The translations under genes and the position numbers were made by a program. Shown one piece after another: positions 17,010 through 27,793 of a stretch of 64,000 nt of DNA. Location: contig CAVPZX010000002.1 in assembly GCA_963710375.1 (NCBI GenBank), positions 384,001-448,000 on the forward strand. Reading direction: 5' to 3'. The stretch comes from Nitrospirota bacterium (GTDB lineage: Bacteria > Nitrospirota > Thermodesulfovibrionia > Thermodesulfovibrionales > Dissulfurispiraceae). Position 1 is the first letter of the stretch. Every line of letters starts with the position of its first letter. Below the pieces are notes generated by a model, which had not been told where the DNA came from, searched no databases, and was given only the letters and a program-made list of their open reading frames with translations.

Positions 17010-17187
17010 GTAAGGATGGACCCACCCACCGACGAAAAATGGACCCATTTACCGGTTTTTGGAGGACTGATGAACATTCGGAAAAACGGACCCACCACCA
17101 ACAAATTCTCGCAACTGTTCTGCTCAAGCCTTCTTTTCCTAAAAAACTGTTCCGTATGGGGTGGAAGTGAGTGTGCCTCCTGACACG
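17010..17187 (+). mobile_element. truncated end of a second IS (GTAA start as in IS66, or degenerate IS21-type end repeats)
   Basis: gtaaggatggacccacccacc with three GGACCCA repeats; abuts the IS21 left end. Confidence 0.4.
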
Positions 17188-17306
17188 TGTTAATCGGCGT
17201 GCAAAATTGACCCACTTACGGGGGTAATCGGCGTCCAAAATTGACCCACCTCAGCATAACGTGCACTCTATCTGGAAATAACTAGAAAGAGGAGCAACGG
17301 AAGGAG

Positions 17307-18824
17307 ATGCTGATAGTGGAAACAATCCGTAAGATTCGATGCGCGTACCATAGGGATAGGAAGTCGATTCGGCAAATAGCCCGAGAGTTGAATCTGTCCC
17401 GCAATACAGTTAAGAAGGTAATTCGGAGCGATGCCACCGAGTTCACGTATGATCGGAAAGATCAACCTCATCCAAAGCTTGCCCCATATCACGAGTTGCT
17501 ATCTGAATATCTTGCAACAGATGCCACGAAGCCGGACCGGGAACAACGGACTGCCATCCTGTTATTTGAGGAATTGCAGCGTCAGGGATTTGAAGGTGGA
17601 TATGACAGTGTCAGGCGGTATGTTCAGAAGTGGCGTAAAAGCGAGGGAGGCAGGAAGGTCACGGCATACATACCGCAGACCTTCGACCCTGGGGAAGCAT
17701 TCCAGTTCGACTGGAGCTATGAGCAGGTTGAACTCTGGGGTGTCGTTGTAACAATAAAAGTAGCCCACTTTCGCCTCTGCTACAGTCGGATGCCGTTTTG
17801 CGTTGCCTATGCCAGAGAGAGCCTTGAGATGGTGCTTGATGCCCATGTCCGGGCTTTTGAGTATTTTGGAGGCAGCTGCCGCAAGGGTATATATGACAAC
17901 CTTAAGACGGTAGTGACCAAGGTACTGATGGGAAAGGACCGGGTTTTAAACCGGCGTTTTCAGAACCTCTCATCGCACTACTTGTTTGAGCCTGTAGCCT
18001 GTACCCCAGCAGCGGGCTGGGAGAAAGGACAGGTAGAAAGTCAGGTCAAGTTCATCCGTAAGCGCCTATTCGTTCCCCGTTTGAAGTTCTCCGATCTTGA
18101 CGAACTGAACCGATGGTTGAGTGATAGCTGCCGAACTCTAGCCGCCGGGCATAAACACCCCGAGTTCAAAGACGGCACTGTGGCCGAATACTTCGCCAGG
18201 GAGAGGCAACAGTTGCTGATCCTGAGTTCCCCGTTTGACGGGTACAAAGAGACACCGGTTCGAGTATCACTTACTGCACTGGTTTCATTTGACCGCAATC
18301 GTTACAGTGTCAATGCTTCAGTTGTAGGCAGGACAGCCATGATACGGGCATATGCTGATAGGGTCGTCATTGTCCATGATGGTAACGTAATCGGAGATCA
18401 CCGACGCCAGTTCGGCCGGGACAAGATAATCTACGATGCCTGGCACTACGTTGAGGTACTGAAGCACAAACCGGGAGCCCTGCGTAACGGTGCTCCCTTT
18501 AAGGAATGGGCACTGCCTGAGCCGCTCATAGAGATACGGCAGCTACTCGGCAAGAGCCCAGATGGGGACCGGCAGTTCGTCGGGATCCTGAGTGCAGTAT
18601 CAATCTATGGCCTGGAAGCCGTGGTTACAGCATGTTCCGAAGCACTTTCTATCGGTGTGGCCAGCAGAGATGTGATACTTAACGCCTTGTCCCGCACACA
18701 CGATGACCCCGTAATATCCGAATACAAGATCCCACTCCATCTGCCTGAGCTAAAGTCCCTGCCTATTGCCAACTGCAGTCGTTACGACGATCTTCTGACG
18801 GGAGGTGAACATGCTACGAGATAA
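17307..18824 (+). CDS. istA: IS21 transposase IstA
   Basis: N-terminal HTH; QFDW, YDNLK, WEKGQVE DDE motifs. Confidence 0.95.
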   Translation: MLIVETIRKIRCAYHRDRKSIRQIARELNLSRNTVKKVIRSDATEFTYDRKDQPHPKLAPYHELLSEYLATDATKPDREQRTAILLFEELQRQGFEGGYDSVRRYVQKWRKSEGGRKVTAYIPQTFDPGEAFQFDWSYEQVELWGVVVTIKVAHFRLCYSRMPFCVAYARESLEMVLDAHVRAFEYFGGSCRKGIYDNLKTVVTKVLMGKDRVLNRRFQNLSSHYLFEPVACTPAAGWEKGQVESQVKFIRKRLFVPRLKFSDLDELNRWLSDSCRTLAAGHKHPEFKDGTVAEYFARERQQLLILSSPFDGYKETPVRVSLTALVSFDRNRYSVNASVVGRTAMIRAYADRVVIVHDGNVIGDHRRQFGRDKIIYDAWHYVEVLKHKPGALRNGAPFKEWALPEPLIEIRQLLGKSPDGDRQFVGILSAVSIYGLEAVVTACSEALSIGVASRDVILNALSRTHDDPVISEYKIPLHLPELKSLPIANCSRYDDLLTGGEHATR

Positions 18825-19551
18825 ACTTCTGGAGGCGATGGAGAGCTTGAAGCTGTATGGCATGAGAAGTGTCTATGACGAGGTGTTCGCAGCCGGCATA
18901 AAGCAGCGACGCACGCCAGAAAAGATACTGCTGGATCTTCTGGAAGCTGAACTGGGAGAGCGGACTGCCCGGAGCATACGCTACCGCCTTGGGCAGGCAA
19001 GGTTCCCCGTAGACAAGGACATAGACCGCTTTGAGTTCGGCTCATCGCCGGTTAATGAGACCCAAATCCGTTCGCTTTACCAGGGCCAATTCCTCTCTGC
19101 AAATAGCAACGTTATCTTCGTTGGAGGCACTGGCACAGGTAAGTCTCACTTGGCGATAGCCATAGCCCGTCAGGCAATCAAAGACGGGAAAAGAGGGCGT
19201 TTCTTCAATGTGGTTGATCTGGTCAATCAGCTTGAACAAGAAAAACTGGCAGGACGTGGAGGCAAGCTGGCGGATAGCCTTGCACGGCTTCACCTTGTGG
19301 TGCTTGACGAATTGGGATATCTGCCGTTTTCAAAAAACGGCGGACAACTCTTGTTTCACTTGATATCAAAGCTCTACGAGCGAACCTCTCTGCTCATAAC
19401 TACCAATCTTACCTTCGGAGAATGGCCCCAGGTCTTTGGAGATAACAAGATGACTACTGCTCTTCTGGACAGAGTCACCCATCATTGTGATATCATCGAA
19501 ACAGGCAACGAGAGCTGGAGAATCAAGACCAGAAACTCAAAGAAAAACTAA
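18811..19551 (+). CDS. istB: IS21 helper ATPase IstB
   Basis: [36 protein letters not shown] before the ATG at 18811. Confidence 0.95.
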   Translation: MLRDKLLEAMESLKLYGMRSVYDEVFAAGIKQRRTPEKILLDLLEAELGERTARSIRYRLGQARFPVDKDIDRFEFGSSPVNETQIRSLYQGQFLSANSNVIFVGGTGTGKSHLAIAIARQAIKDGKRGRFFNVVDLVNQLEQEKLAGRGGKLADSLARLHLVVLDELGYLPFSKNGGQLLFHLISKLYERTSLLITTNLTFGEWPQVFGDNKMTTALLDRVTHHCDIIETGNESWRIKTRNSKKN

Positions 19552-19714
19552 CCGCTGGGGTGGGTCAATTTTGGACGCCGATGGTGGGTCAATTTTCGAC
19601 GCCGATTAACATTTATGCCAAATAGGGGAAATATCACCCTTTGGCAAAGGAAGGTTATGAGGGATTTTATCGATAAAGTTGTTATTATTTTGCAACCGTT
19701 AATATAAACAAACT

Positions 19715-20254
19715 CTATTTAGAAATAGCCGACATAACTAGCTGACTGCATTTAAGCACCTTGCCGTATTCGCTAAAGTAAAGGTCAGCCTCTTCTCTGG
19801 ATCCGGCACATGCTATTACAACGCTGTGTGTGCCGTTCAAGCATTCAGCTTTGAAAAGTTTCATTCCCATAGAGCTGAGTTCAGAAACAAGCTCCTTAAG
19901 TATTTTATTTGAGAGTGTCCCTCTTCTCGTACACCCGTACATTTTCTCAAGCTCATTGATTGCAGGCGTCGAATAGTGCCCCTCCGCTATAATTCCCACT
20001 GCCTGCTTAAGTTTCGCCCTATCTTCCGGGTCTTTTATATAATCGTCCAACATACCTTCATAAGCTGCCAGGATCTTTGGCATATCACTCGAGACCCTTT
20101 TCTCCTTGTAACTGATATAAAGATACCCCGCACCTATTAGTGCCAGGATTAAAAGGAGAATCCCCATTACATGTATGCTCCCTCTACACCCCGCCAAGCA
20201 CTCGGCTGGGTAGGTGAGTGCCCGGCAGGGACCACGGTCATATAAATTTCTCAT
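19715..20254 (-). CDS. hypothetical membrane-anchored protein
   Basis: One TM segment (GILLLILALIGAGYLY). Start uncertain (20254 or the internal Met at 20167). Confidence 0.55.
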   Translation of the reverse strand: MRNLYDRGPCRALTYPAECLAGCRGSIHVMGILLLILALIGAGYLYISYKEKRVSSDMPKILAAYEGMLDDYIKDPEDRAKLKQAVGIIAEGHYSTPAINELEKMYGCTRRGTLSNKILKELVSELSSMGMKLFKAECLNGTHSVVIACAGSREEADLYFSEYGKVLKCSQLVMSAISK

Positions 20255-20365
20255 AAATAACGCTCCTTCAATAATTTCACTCTTTATAGTATATTACCCT
20301 TTATTTTTTCGATGTGTAGGTTGAGAAACGTTGCCGTATTCCGGCAGAAAGTATTAAAATTGCAT

Positions 20366-20791
20366 ATGAGATTTTTATTGGTTCTTTCATGCCTGATGTA
20401 TATTCTGATCTCATGTGCTAAGGGGCCTTCCTGCATCCAGGCCCCCTTTGACGGTTACACATCTGAAATAGATGTGAGCACCCTCATTCCAAAACAGCCC
20501 CGGTTCTATTCTTTGTCTATTGAGGGTAAAAATATCAGTTTTTTTCTTTTAATGGTCAATGGCGAAATCCAGTCATATTTTAATGCATGCAAGGAATGCT
20601 ATCCAAAAAAATTAGGGTTTAGCTTTGAGGAAGGATATATGAAATGCAGATCGTGCAATGAACGGTGGCCACTGGAGAGTTTACAGGATGGGATTGGAGG
20701 TTGTTATCCCATTCCGTTAAAGGGAGTTTTAAAAGGAGATAAATACGTTATTACCCAGGCAGCCCTCAAGGAGGGCATGCAATTTTTCTGA
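20366..20791 (+). CDS. DUF2318 Fe-S-containing (FtrD-like) lipoprotein
   Basis: NACKEC...MKCRSC...GGCYPIPL; lipobox LISC. Confidence 0.8.
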   Translation: MRFLLVLSCLMYILISCAKGPSCIQAPFDGYTSEIDVSTLIPKQPRFYSLSIEGKNISFFLLMVNGEIQSYFNACKECYPKKLGFSFEEGYMKCRSCNERWPLESLQDGIGGCYPIPLKGVLKGDKYVITQAALKEGMQFF

Positions 20792-20890
20792 AAATCCCCG
20801 GCATTTCCCGAAGTCCGGAACATTTTTGGCGTTGCAAACCGTTGGACTGTAATGTAGACTTTATTAAGACTATATGAGGGAGGTTATCTA

Positions 20891-21469
20891 ATGAAAAAAT
20901 CATTTGGCCCAAAAACACTGGCTTACCCGACTCCTGTATGGGTATTGGGGTCTTATGACAAGGACGGCAGACCGGACGTGATGACTTTCTCCTGGGGAGG
21001 AATATGCTGCTCCAAGCCGCCCTGCGTTTCGGTTTCGCTCAGGCAAGCCACCTATACCTATGGCAACATAATTGAACGAAAAGCATTTACGATAAATATA
21101 CCTTCGGAAAAATATGCCAGGGAGGCAGATTATTTCGGGATGGTCTCAGGCAGAACTATTGATAAGTTTTCAGTCACGGGTTTGACTCCGGTAAAAAGCG
21201 ACCTGGTCGATGCCCCTTATGTGAAGGAATTCCCTATGGTTTTGGAGTGCAAGGTTATCAAGATCGTTGAAATTGGATTGCACACCCAGTTTATCGGCGA
21301 AATCATTGATGTGAAAGCGGATGATTCTGTAATCGGCGATAAAGACTTGCCGGATATTGCCAAGGTAAGTCCAATTGTTTTTTGTCCTGAGGGACGGACT
21401 TATTGGAGCATTGGAGGACCTCTTGGAGAAGCCTTCTCGATAGGAAGGAGTTTTAATAATGTCAAATAG
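20891..21469 (+). CDS. flr: flavoredoxin / flavin reductase family protein
   Basis: YPTPV, WGGICCSKPP, DYFGMVSGR, LECKV, HTQFIGEI. Promoter TTGCAA-17-TAGACT upstream. Confidence 0.9.
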   Translation: MKKSFGPKTLAYPTPVWVLGSYDKDGRPDVMTFSWGGICCSKPPCVSVSLRQATYTYGNIIERKAFTINIPSEKYAREADYFGMVSGRTIDKFSVTGLTPVKSDLVDAPYVKEFPMVLECKVIKIVEIGLHTQFIGEIIDVKADDSVIGDKDLPDIAKVSPIVFCPEGRTYWSIGGPLGEAFSIGRSFNNVK

Positions 21470-21767
21470 GAAAATAACGTACGCTATCGGGTTTTTTATG
21501 ATTTTGATCTGTTCATTATTTTTCGCTTCGAGTTGCTGCAAGACCGACCGTTTAGGCCTGTGGGAGAGGCACTGTGCATCCTGCCATGATGGTAAAACCA
21601 TTCTAAACGGCACGGTTGTTATGAATAGGGACCAGATGAAATCAAAATACAAAACTCTGGATGAATTCTCAAATGCATGTGTCGGCACTGCATCGTGCAT
21701 GAATATACTAAAGCACGACAAAAAGTTGTTTATTGAGGTAGGCAAGGCAATTGGGATAGGCAGTTAG
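21459..21767 (+). CDS. small c-type cytochrome lipoprotein
   Basis: CASCH heme motif; signal peptide/lipobox FASSC. Confidence 0.75.
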   Translation: MSNRKITYAIGFFMILICSLFFASSCCKTDRLGLWERHCASCHDGKTILNGTVVMNRDQMKSKYKTLDEFSNACVGTASCMNILKHDKKLFIEVGKAIGIGS

Positions 21768-21807
21768 GATAGTGTTATACTAATAACTAAAAGAGGTGAA
21801 TACGGCA

Positions 21808-23022
21808 ATGAGAGCAGTAGAAATCAAAAACGGAATTTATTGGGTAGGCGCAATTGACTGGGCGATTCGCGATTTCCACGGTTACGTGACACCCCGTGGG
21901 ACTACCTATAACAATTATCTGATTATGGATGAAGAAATAACCCTGCTGGATACTGTCAAATGCGACTTCGCGGACACCACCATCAAGAATATACGGGGCG
22001 TCATCGATCCCGCCAGAATAAAAAACGTCATTATAAACCATATAGAAAATGACCATGTAACCAGTATCGACGCCATAATGGCTCTGGCTCCCAACGCAAC
22101 CATCTATATAACGGAAAAAGGCAGGAAAGGACTCGAAAGATTTTATGATCTGTCCAAATGGACTATCAAGACAGTAAAGACAGGAGATACCCTCAACATA
22201 GGCAAAAGGACGCTTCTTTTTCTGGAGACGCCCATGCTTCATTGGCCCGACTCGATGATGACCTATATAAAAGAAGAAAAGATACTGATCAGCCAGGATG
22301 GGTTCGGCCAGCATATAGCCTCTGCGGTGAGGTTCGATGACGAATTCATCACATGTCAGTCCATGGCCGAGCTGGACGACGCTGTCATAGACTACTACGC
22401 CAATATCCTCATGCCTTTCGGCCAGCTCATTAAGGCGAAGATCGCACAAGTGCAGAAACTCGGTCTCGAAATCGAGATGATTGCTCCCGACCACGGCATT
22501 ATATGGAGACGGGACCCCGGAAAAGTCATGCAGATGTATCTCGATATGGCAAATGGCAAAGCGCACCTCAGAGTTTCCATCATTTACGATACCATGTGGC
22601 ACAGCACGGAAATGATGACTTCGCCCATGATGCAGGGTATCAAGGACGAAGGTGTGGAATGCAACGTAATTAAGCTGAGAGCTACACCCATGAGCGTTGC
22701 TATTAAAGAATTCTGGAACTCAAGGGGGTGCCTTATTGGAACGCCGACCCTAAATAATATTATGTTTCCGAATGTGGCCGAGTTTTTGACCCACCTGAGG
22801 GGACTTCGTCCAAAAAACAGGATGGCCGGCGCTTTCGGAAGCTACGGATGGGGCGGCGGAGCTGTAAAAGAGGCTTACATGGAGCTAAAAAGAATGGGCC
22901 TTGAGCTTTACGAGCCCGGATTGGAGATACTGTACAAACCTTCTTTTGAGGATGAGACCAAATGCTATGATTTCGGCAGGGAATTCGCCAGACGTGTCAA
23001 AATATACCATGAGAAATTTTAA
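21808..23022 (+). CDS. fprA: flavodiiron protein (FprA/ROO, O2/NO reductase)
   Basis: GTTYNNY, HIENDH, LHWPD, DGFGQH, PDHG, flavodoxin domain GSYGWGG. Confidence 0.95.
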   Translation: MRAVEIKNGIYWVGAIDWAIRDFHGYVTPRGTTYNNYLIMDEEITLLDTVKCDFADTTIKNIRGVIDPARIKNVIINHIENDHVTSIDAIMALAPNATIYITEKGRKGLERFYDLSKWTIKTVKTGDTLNIGKRTLLFLETPMLHWPDSMMTYIKEEKILISQDGFGQHIASAVRFDDEFITCQSMAELDDAVIDYYANILMPFGQLIKAKIAQVQKLGLEIEMIAPDHGIIWRRDPGKVMQMYLDMANGKAHLRVSIIYDTMWHSTEMMTSPMMQGIKDEGVECNVIKLRATPMSVAIKEFWNSRGCLIGTPTLNNIMFPNVAEFLTHLRGLRPKNRMAGAFGSYGWGGGAVKEAYMELKRMGLELYEPGLEILYKPSFEDETKCYDFGREFARRVKIYHEKF

Positions 23023-23037
23023 AAGGAGATTACTACC

Positions 23038-23532
23038 ATGACTAAATCTGAAAAGGACTTGTTGGATGCATTTGCAGGAGAGAGCCAGGCAAACAGAAAA
23101 TATCTCGCTTTCGCGAAAAAGGCAGAAGCCGAGGGCTTCAAACAGATTGCGAAACTGTTCCGCGCTGCTGCTGCAGCTGAAACAATTCATGCCCATAACC
23201 ACCTCCGGGAGTTGGGCGGCATAAAGACTACAAAGGATAATTTGGCGTCCGCACTTCAGGGCGAGGTCTATGAGTTCCAGAAGATGTACCCATATATGAT
23301 TGCAGATGCTCAGGCTGAGGGCAATAAAGGCGCGCTGAGAACGTTCACGTATGCCAATGAGGTTGAGAAAGTTCATGCGGCACTCTACCAGAAGGCAATA
23401 GATGAATTCGGCAAGAACAGCGAGACCGACTATTATGTATGCGATGTCTGCGGACATACTGTGGAAGGCGAGCCACCTGACGAGTGCCCCGTCTGCAAGG
23501 CAAAGAAACAGGCCTTCAAAAAGGTTGAGTAG
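23038..23532 (+). CDS. rbr: rubrerythrin
   Basis: AFAGESQA, ETIHA, EKVH, C-terminal CDVCG...CPVC. Confidence 0.95.
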   Translation: MTKSEKDLLDAFAGESQANRKYLAFAKKAEAEGFKQIAKLFRAAAAAETIHAHNHLRELGGIKTTKDNLASALQGEVYEFQKMYPYMIADAQAEGNKGALRTFTYANEVEKVHAALYQKAIDEFGKNSETDYYVCDVCGHTVEGEPPDECPVCKAKKQAFKKVE

Positions 23533-23550
23533 GACACTCCCGGAAAGCAA

Positions 23551-24123
23551 ATGAATATAGTGGCATTTCTCGGCAGCCCTCGCGAACAAGGCAACTCCGA
23601 TATGTTGTTAAAGGAGGCTCTCAAGGCAGCGGAGAGCTCCGCGCATGATGTCCTGATTTTCAGACTCAACACCATGGACATAAAGCCTTGCCAGAATTGC
23701 GGAGGCTGTGATGAAACCGGCATATGCGTTGTCAACGATGATATGCAGGAAATAACCATTGCTATCCGCAAGGCTGACCGCATCATCCTTTCCTCACCTA
23801 TTTTCTTTTTCGGCCTCAGCGCTCAATCAAAAATCATGATTGACCGCTGCCAGTCCTTCTGGTGTGAAAAATACCTGTTAAAAAAAACCATCCCCTCAGG
23901 TCCGAATGGAAGAAAAGGGCTCCTCATGCTCGTGGGCGGTATGAAAAAAGAGATTGGCATTCAATGTTCCGAAGTGACGGCAAAGGCCTTTTTCAGGACC
24001 ATCAGCGTTCCTGATCACGAAACTCTGAGCTTTCTGGGGGTAGATGCGAAAGGGGCGATACGTAACCACCCGACAGCGCTGAACGATGCCTTTGAGGCAG
24101 GGAAAAGATTAGTAGCATACTAA
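23551..24123 (+). CDS. iron-sulfur flavoprotein / NADPH-dependent FMN reductase
   Basis: GSPR..GNS, CQNCGGC...C, DDM, SPIFF. Confidence 0.9.
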   Translation: MNIVAFLGSPREQGNSDMLLKEALKAAESSAHDVLIFRLNTMDIKPCQNCGGCDETGICVVNDDMQEITIAIRKADRIILSSPIFFFGLSAQSKIMIDRCQSFWCEKYLLKKTIPSGPNGRKGLLMLVGGMKKEIGIQCSEVTAKAFFRTISVPDHETLSFLGVDAKGAIRNHPTALNDAFEAGKRLVAY

Positions 24124-24137
24124 TTAAGGAGGGGACC

Positions 24138-24458
24138 ATGTCAGAATTACCAGGACAGTATATGAGCATCGCAAAGAGATTCAAAAAGTTCACCAAGGCT
24201 GTTGAAAACCTCGGAAAAGCAGCAAAAGACGCAGGCCCCATTGATGACAAAACTTCTCACTTAATCCAGATGGCCGCTGCCGCTGCCATAAGGTCAGAGG
24301 GGTCCGTCCACTCCCATGCGCGGAGGGCCCTGCAATCTGGCGCATCTCCTGATGAACTTCACCATGCCATCATACTGCTGTCCAGCACTATAGGGTTTCC
24401 CACTGTCTCCGCTGCCTTAAGCTGGGTGGATGATGTGATAAAAGGACACAAAGACTGA
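24138..24458 (+). CDS. carboxymuconolactone decarboxylase (AhpD-like) protein, no CxxC
   Basis: GPIDDKTSHLI...SHARRAL..GAS.DEL...TIGFP. Confidence 0.85.
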   Translation: MSELPGQYMSIAKRFKKFTKAVENLGKAAKDAGPIDDKTSHLIQMAAAAAIRSEGSVHSHARRALQSGASPDELHHAIILLSSTIGFPTVSAALSWVDDVIKGHKD

Positions 24459-25403
24459 TTGTATACTTCGGTTCCTGAGTATATACAATTCTTCCCTACA
24501 CTGAGGTGCAACCGGCATTGTGGGTTCTGCTTCAACCGGGGCTTAGAAACTGAAAGCGAAATTACGGCTGACGGTTTTGAGAGGCTCGCCGGTAAAATAC
24601 TGGACGCAGGGATAGGAGAGATAGACATCCTTGGCGGCGAGCCTACGCTGCATCCCGATATTGTCAGGCTTATCGACAAAGCTGCAACGCTCAAGCTCAG
24701 GCTGAATCTGAGCACCAATGGCACTAACGTTGCCCTGCTTGAACGCCTTTCGAGTGTATACGACAGGAATACGCTTAATATCGGCATCTCGCTCAACGAT
24801 AGCCGCGTGGCAAAAGAGCTCGAAGACTATATTGCCAAATACCGGCCCGTCATTAAAAGCATTTGCAAAAAATCGGCCATGCCGCAACCGGTAAATATCT
24901 ATTTCAACATGCCGGAAATAACCTGCTATCTGCTCTATATGGATACCATATCTGATAGCGATCTCATTAACAGTATGCCTTTCTATCAATTTTATAAACA
25001 GCTTTCTGATGCGCGAAACAAATACCCCAATATCTCCGGAGTCTACTGCGGTGGCTTTCTGCCTGACACTAAAAAACAACCCCTGTTAAGAAACGCAAGA
25101 TGCCCTGCAGGAACCACAAAACTGTCAGTTCTTCCTGATGGCTCGGTGTTTCCATGCTACCTTTTTTTCAGGAGCCAAAAGTTCAGGCTGGGCAATATTT
25201 TCTCCGAAAGCTTTGAAGACATCTGGGGAAGTCCGGTACTGAATTATTTTAGAAAGTTCCACGGCAACAAATGTCATGTTACTGCCTGCGAACTTTTTTC
25301 AGAGTGCCATGGGGGATGTCCTGCAGTGAGCCTCTTGATATGCAACGACATAGATGCACCTGACCCGAGGTGTACAAAAATTAATCGTTGCCTGCCTTTA
25401 TAG
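24459..25403 (+). CDS. radical SAM protein with SPASM domain
   Basis: CNRHCGFC, GGEP, STNG; C-terminal CPAG...VFPC...C..C...CHGGC. Confidence 0.9.
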   Translation: MYTSVPEYIQFFPTLRCNRHCGFCFNRGLETESEITADGFERLAGKILDAGIGEIDILGGEPTLHPDIVRLIDKAATLKLRLNLSTNGTNVALLERLSSVYDRNTLNIGISLNDSRVAKELEDYIAKYRPVIKSICKKSAMPQPVNIYFNMPEITCYLLYMDTISDSDLINSMPFYQFYKQLSDARNKYPNISGVYCGGFLPDTKKQPLLRNARCPAGTTKLSVLPDGSVFPCYLFFRSQKFRLGNIFSESFEDIWGSPVLNYFRKFHGNKCHVTACELFSECHGGCPAVSLLICNDIDAPDPRCTKINRCLPL

Positions 25404-27710
25404 TGACAAAACCTTGGAGATAGCCTCGCTCATCTGTTGAATCCTGTAGGGTTTCGTTATCACTCCGGCAAAGCCGTATTTTTTGAATTCGGACATTACA
25501 GGATCGGTAGAGTAGCCGCTCGACGCTATCGCCTTTGCCTCAGGGTCCATCTCCAGGATTTTCGCCACAGCCTCCTTACCACCCATCCCTCCGGGAATAG
25601 TCAGGTCCATTATCAATACCAGGAAGGGATTTTTCTCCTGAAGGGATTTCTTATAAAGGGCAACGGCCTTTTCTCCGTCTTCAGTGAATTGGACCTGGAA
25701 CCCCAGCATAGTCAGCATACCACCTGCTGTCTCTCTCACCAACTCTTCATCATCCATTACCAGTATGTTGCCATATCCCTTGGTCAGTGTGTCTTTTTCC
25801 GAATTGTCGGGATGGGCGTCTTCTCTCGTTGCGGGCAAGTATATAGTGAATGTTGTTCCCGCCCCGTCCTCTGACTCTACGGTTATATGCCCGCCGTGTT
25901 TTTTAAGTATGGAAAATACTGTGGCAAGCCCCAATCCGCTTCCGCGTGTTTTTGTGGTGAAGTAGGGGTCGAAGATCTTAGACAGGTGTTCTGAAGAAAT
26001 GCCTGTTCCGCTATCGGAGAAAACTATTTTTATGTAGTCCCCGGCAGGCAGGGTAGACACGATATTGGCCGAAAGGGTCAGGTTCTCCATCTTTACATTG
26101 ACTCTGCCGCCCTCTGGCATCGCGTGCATGGCGTTTATAGACAGGTTATTGAAGACCTGGGCCATCTGCCCCCTGTCTGCCTCAGTGTTCCATAAACCAT
26201 CGGATATGATGTAATTGCAACTAATATTGGAGCCTGAGAGCGCAAAATCAACTGACTCCCTGATCAGCTCAGCTATGGGGAGAGCCTTCTTTATAGGCGC
26301 ACCGCCTTTAGCAAAGGTCAATAGCTGCTGCGTCAGATCGGTCGCGCGTTTCGCTGCAGTCTCAGCAGCCGACAAGCGGGCATAGTCCTTATGTTCCGTA
26401 TCAAGATTGATTTTGACCAGGCTGATGTTGCCCATGATCCCTGTAAGCAAATTATTAAAATCATGGGCGATTCCCCCGGCCAGCAAGCCGAGTGACTCGA
26501 GTTTTTGCGAGCGGATTATTTCGTCCTGCAATTGCTTGTATTCTGACATGTCACGGAAAACACCCTCAATGCCTGCATATTGTCCGTTACGGTCAAACAA
26601 AAGATGACTGGACGCGGCGACAGGAACAGGCGTGCCGTCTTTTCGGCGCAGTGTGACCTCATAGTTATTAACCTTGCCTTTTTCGCGCAACTCACCTACC
26701 AGCGCGTCCCGCTCAACGGCATCGTAATAAAAAGTGTCACGTATGTTCCATCCCAGCACTTCTTCCAACGAATAGTATCCCAGGAGAATAATGCCCGAAG
26801 GACTGACCATGGTAAGCCTGCCTTCGGCGTCGCTCCTATAATAAACATCCTGCAAACTCTCAATTATGCCGCGAAAGCGCTGCTCGCTGTTTCTGAGATC
26901 TTCTTCCACATTTTTGGCTTCAGTTATGTCGGTGATAACGCCGACAAGCCCTGTCAGCTTTCCCTGTGTGTCTTCAAGTCTCTGAGCCGTCACGTATCCC
27001 CAGAAGGATGATCCATCCTTCCTTATGTAATGACGCTCACCGGCAACTGTTTTAAGGTCCCCGCTTATGAGGCAGCCCATCTTCCGTATGCTTTCGTCAA
27101 GGTCATCAGGATGAATATAATTGCCGTATGAAGACCCAATCACCTCATCAATAGAAAAACCCAGCATATCCGCCATTCTGCGGTTTGTGAAAATCAGTGT
27201 GCCATTCTGGTCGCCCAGCATGATGCCTGCCTGCGACGTTTCGAAGATGACGCGAAGCCGCTCCTCACTTTCCCGAAGAGCGTTTTCTCCCCTCTTGCGC
27301 TCGGTGATGTCGGTGAATGTCCTGACAAACCCTTTTCCGGGCAACGGATTGTGGGTCAGCAAACACCAGCGAGGTTCCCCATTTATCAGTTGCGGGAATT
27401 CGACTTGGAAAGTGGCGGGCTCATCGAGGTGAATGATGGCGCGGTCCAGCATTTGCTGGTCTTGCCCGGTCACTTCGGCCCATGTTTTCAGTATTTCCCG
27501 AAAATCGACACCCACCTCGACCGTGCCGTCCGGGAGTTGAAACATCTCCTCGAAATGCCGGTTAAAGGCCAACATGCGATAGTCCGGCCCAACTACTACC
27601 ATCCCATGAGTAATATGATCCAGAATAATATTCAGAACGTCTGATTGTTCAGAAAAACTTGTTTTATCGAACAAATTCCTGTGCTCGCCGGGTTCAGCCT
27701 TCATTGCCAT
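25398..27710 (-). CDS. multi-PAS hybrid sensor histidine kinase/response regulator
   Basis: Three PAS domains, GIAHDFNN, FDPYFTTK..GSGLGL, C-terminal receiver. Confidence 0.95.
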   Translation of the reverse strand: MAMKAEPGEHRNLFDKTSFSEQSDVLNIILDHITHGMVVVGPDYRMLAFNRHFEEMFQLPDGTVEVGVDFREILKTWAEVTGQDQQMLDRAIIHLDEPATFQVEFPQLINGEPRWCLLTHNPLPGKGFVRTFTDITERKRGENALRESEERLRVIFETSQAGIMLGDQNGTLIFTNRRMADMLGFSIDEVIGSSYGNYIHPDDLDESIRKMGCLISGDLKTVAGERHYIRKDGSSFWGYVTAQRLEDTQGKLTGLVGVITDITEAKNVEEDLRNSEQRFRGIIESLQDVYYRSDAEGRLTMVSPSGIILLGYYSLEEVLGWNIRDTFYYDAVERDALVGELREKGKVNNYEVTLRRKDGTPVPVAASSHLLFDRNGQYAGIEGVFRDMSEYKQLQDEIIRSQKLESLGLLAGGIAHDFNNLLTGIMGNISLVKINLDTEHKDYARLSAAETAAKRATDLTQQLLTFAKGGAPIKKALPIAELIRESVDFALSGSNISCNYIISDGLWNTEADRGQMAQVFNNLSINAMHAMPEGGRVNVKMENLTLSANIVSTLPAGDYIKIVFSDSGTGISSEHLSKIFDPYFTTKTRGSGLGLATVFSILKKHGGHITVESEDGAGTTFTIYLPATREDAHPDNSEKDTLTKGYGNILVMDDEELVRETAGGMLTMLGFQVQFTEDGEKAVALYKKSLQEKNPFLVLIMDLTIPGGMGGKEAVAKILEMDPEAKAIASSGYSTDPVMSEFKKYGFAGVITKPYRIQQMSEAISKVLSL

Positions 27711-27793
27711 CTCTCCAAGAGAAATATTATCAAGGATGCGCTTGAAACGAGGTGTACCAGAATAGGCCTATTCACAATAACAGGAGAGTTCGT

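Larger units (their letters stand above)
17188..19611 (+). mobile_element. IS21-family insertion sequence
   Basis: Ends TGTTAATCGGCGT...ACGCCGATTAACA with duplicated AAAATTGACCCAC motifs; encloses istA-istB. Confidence 0.95.
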
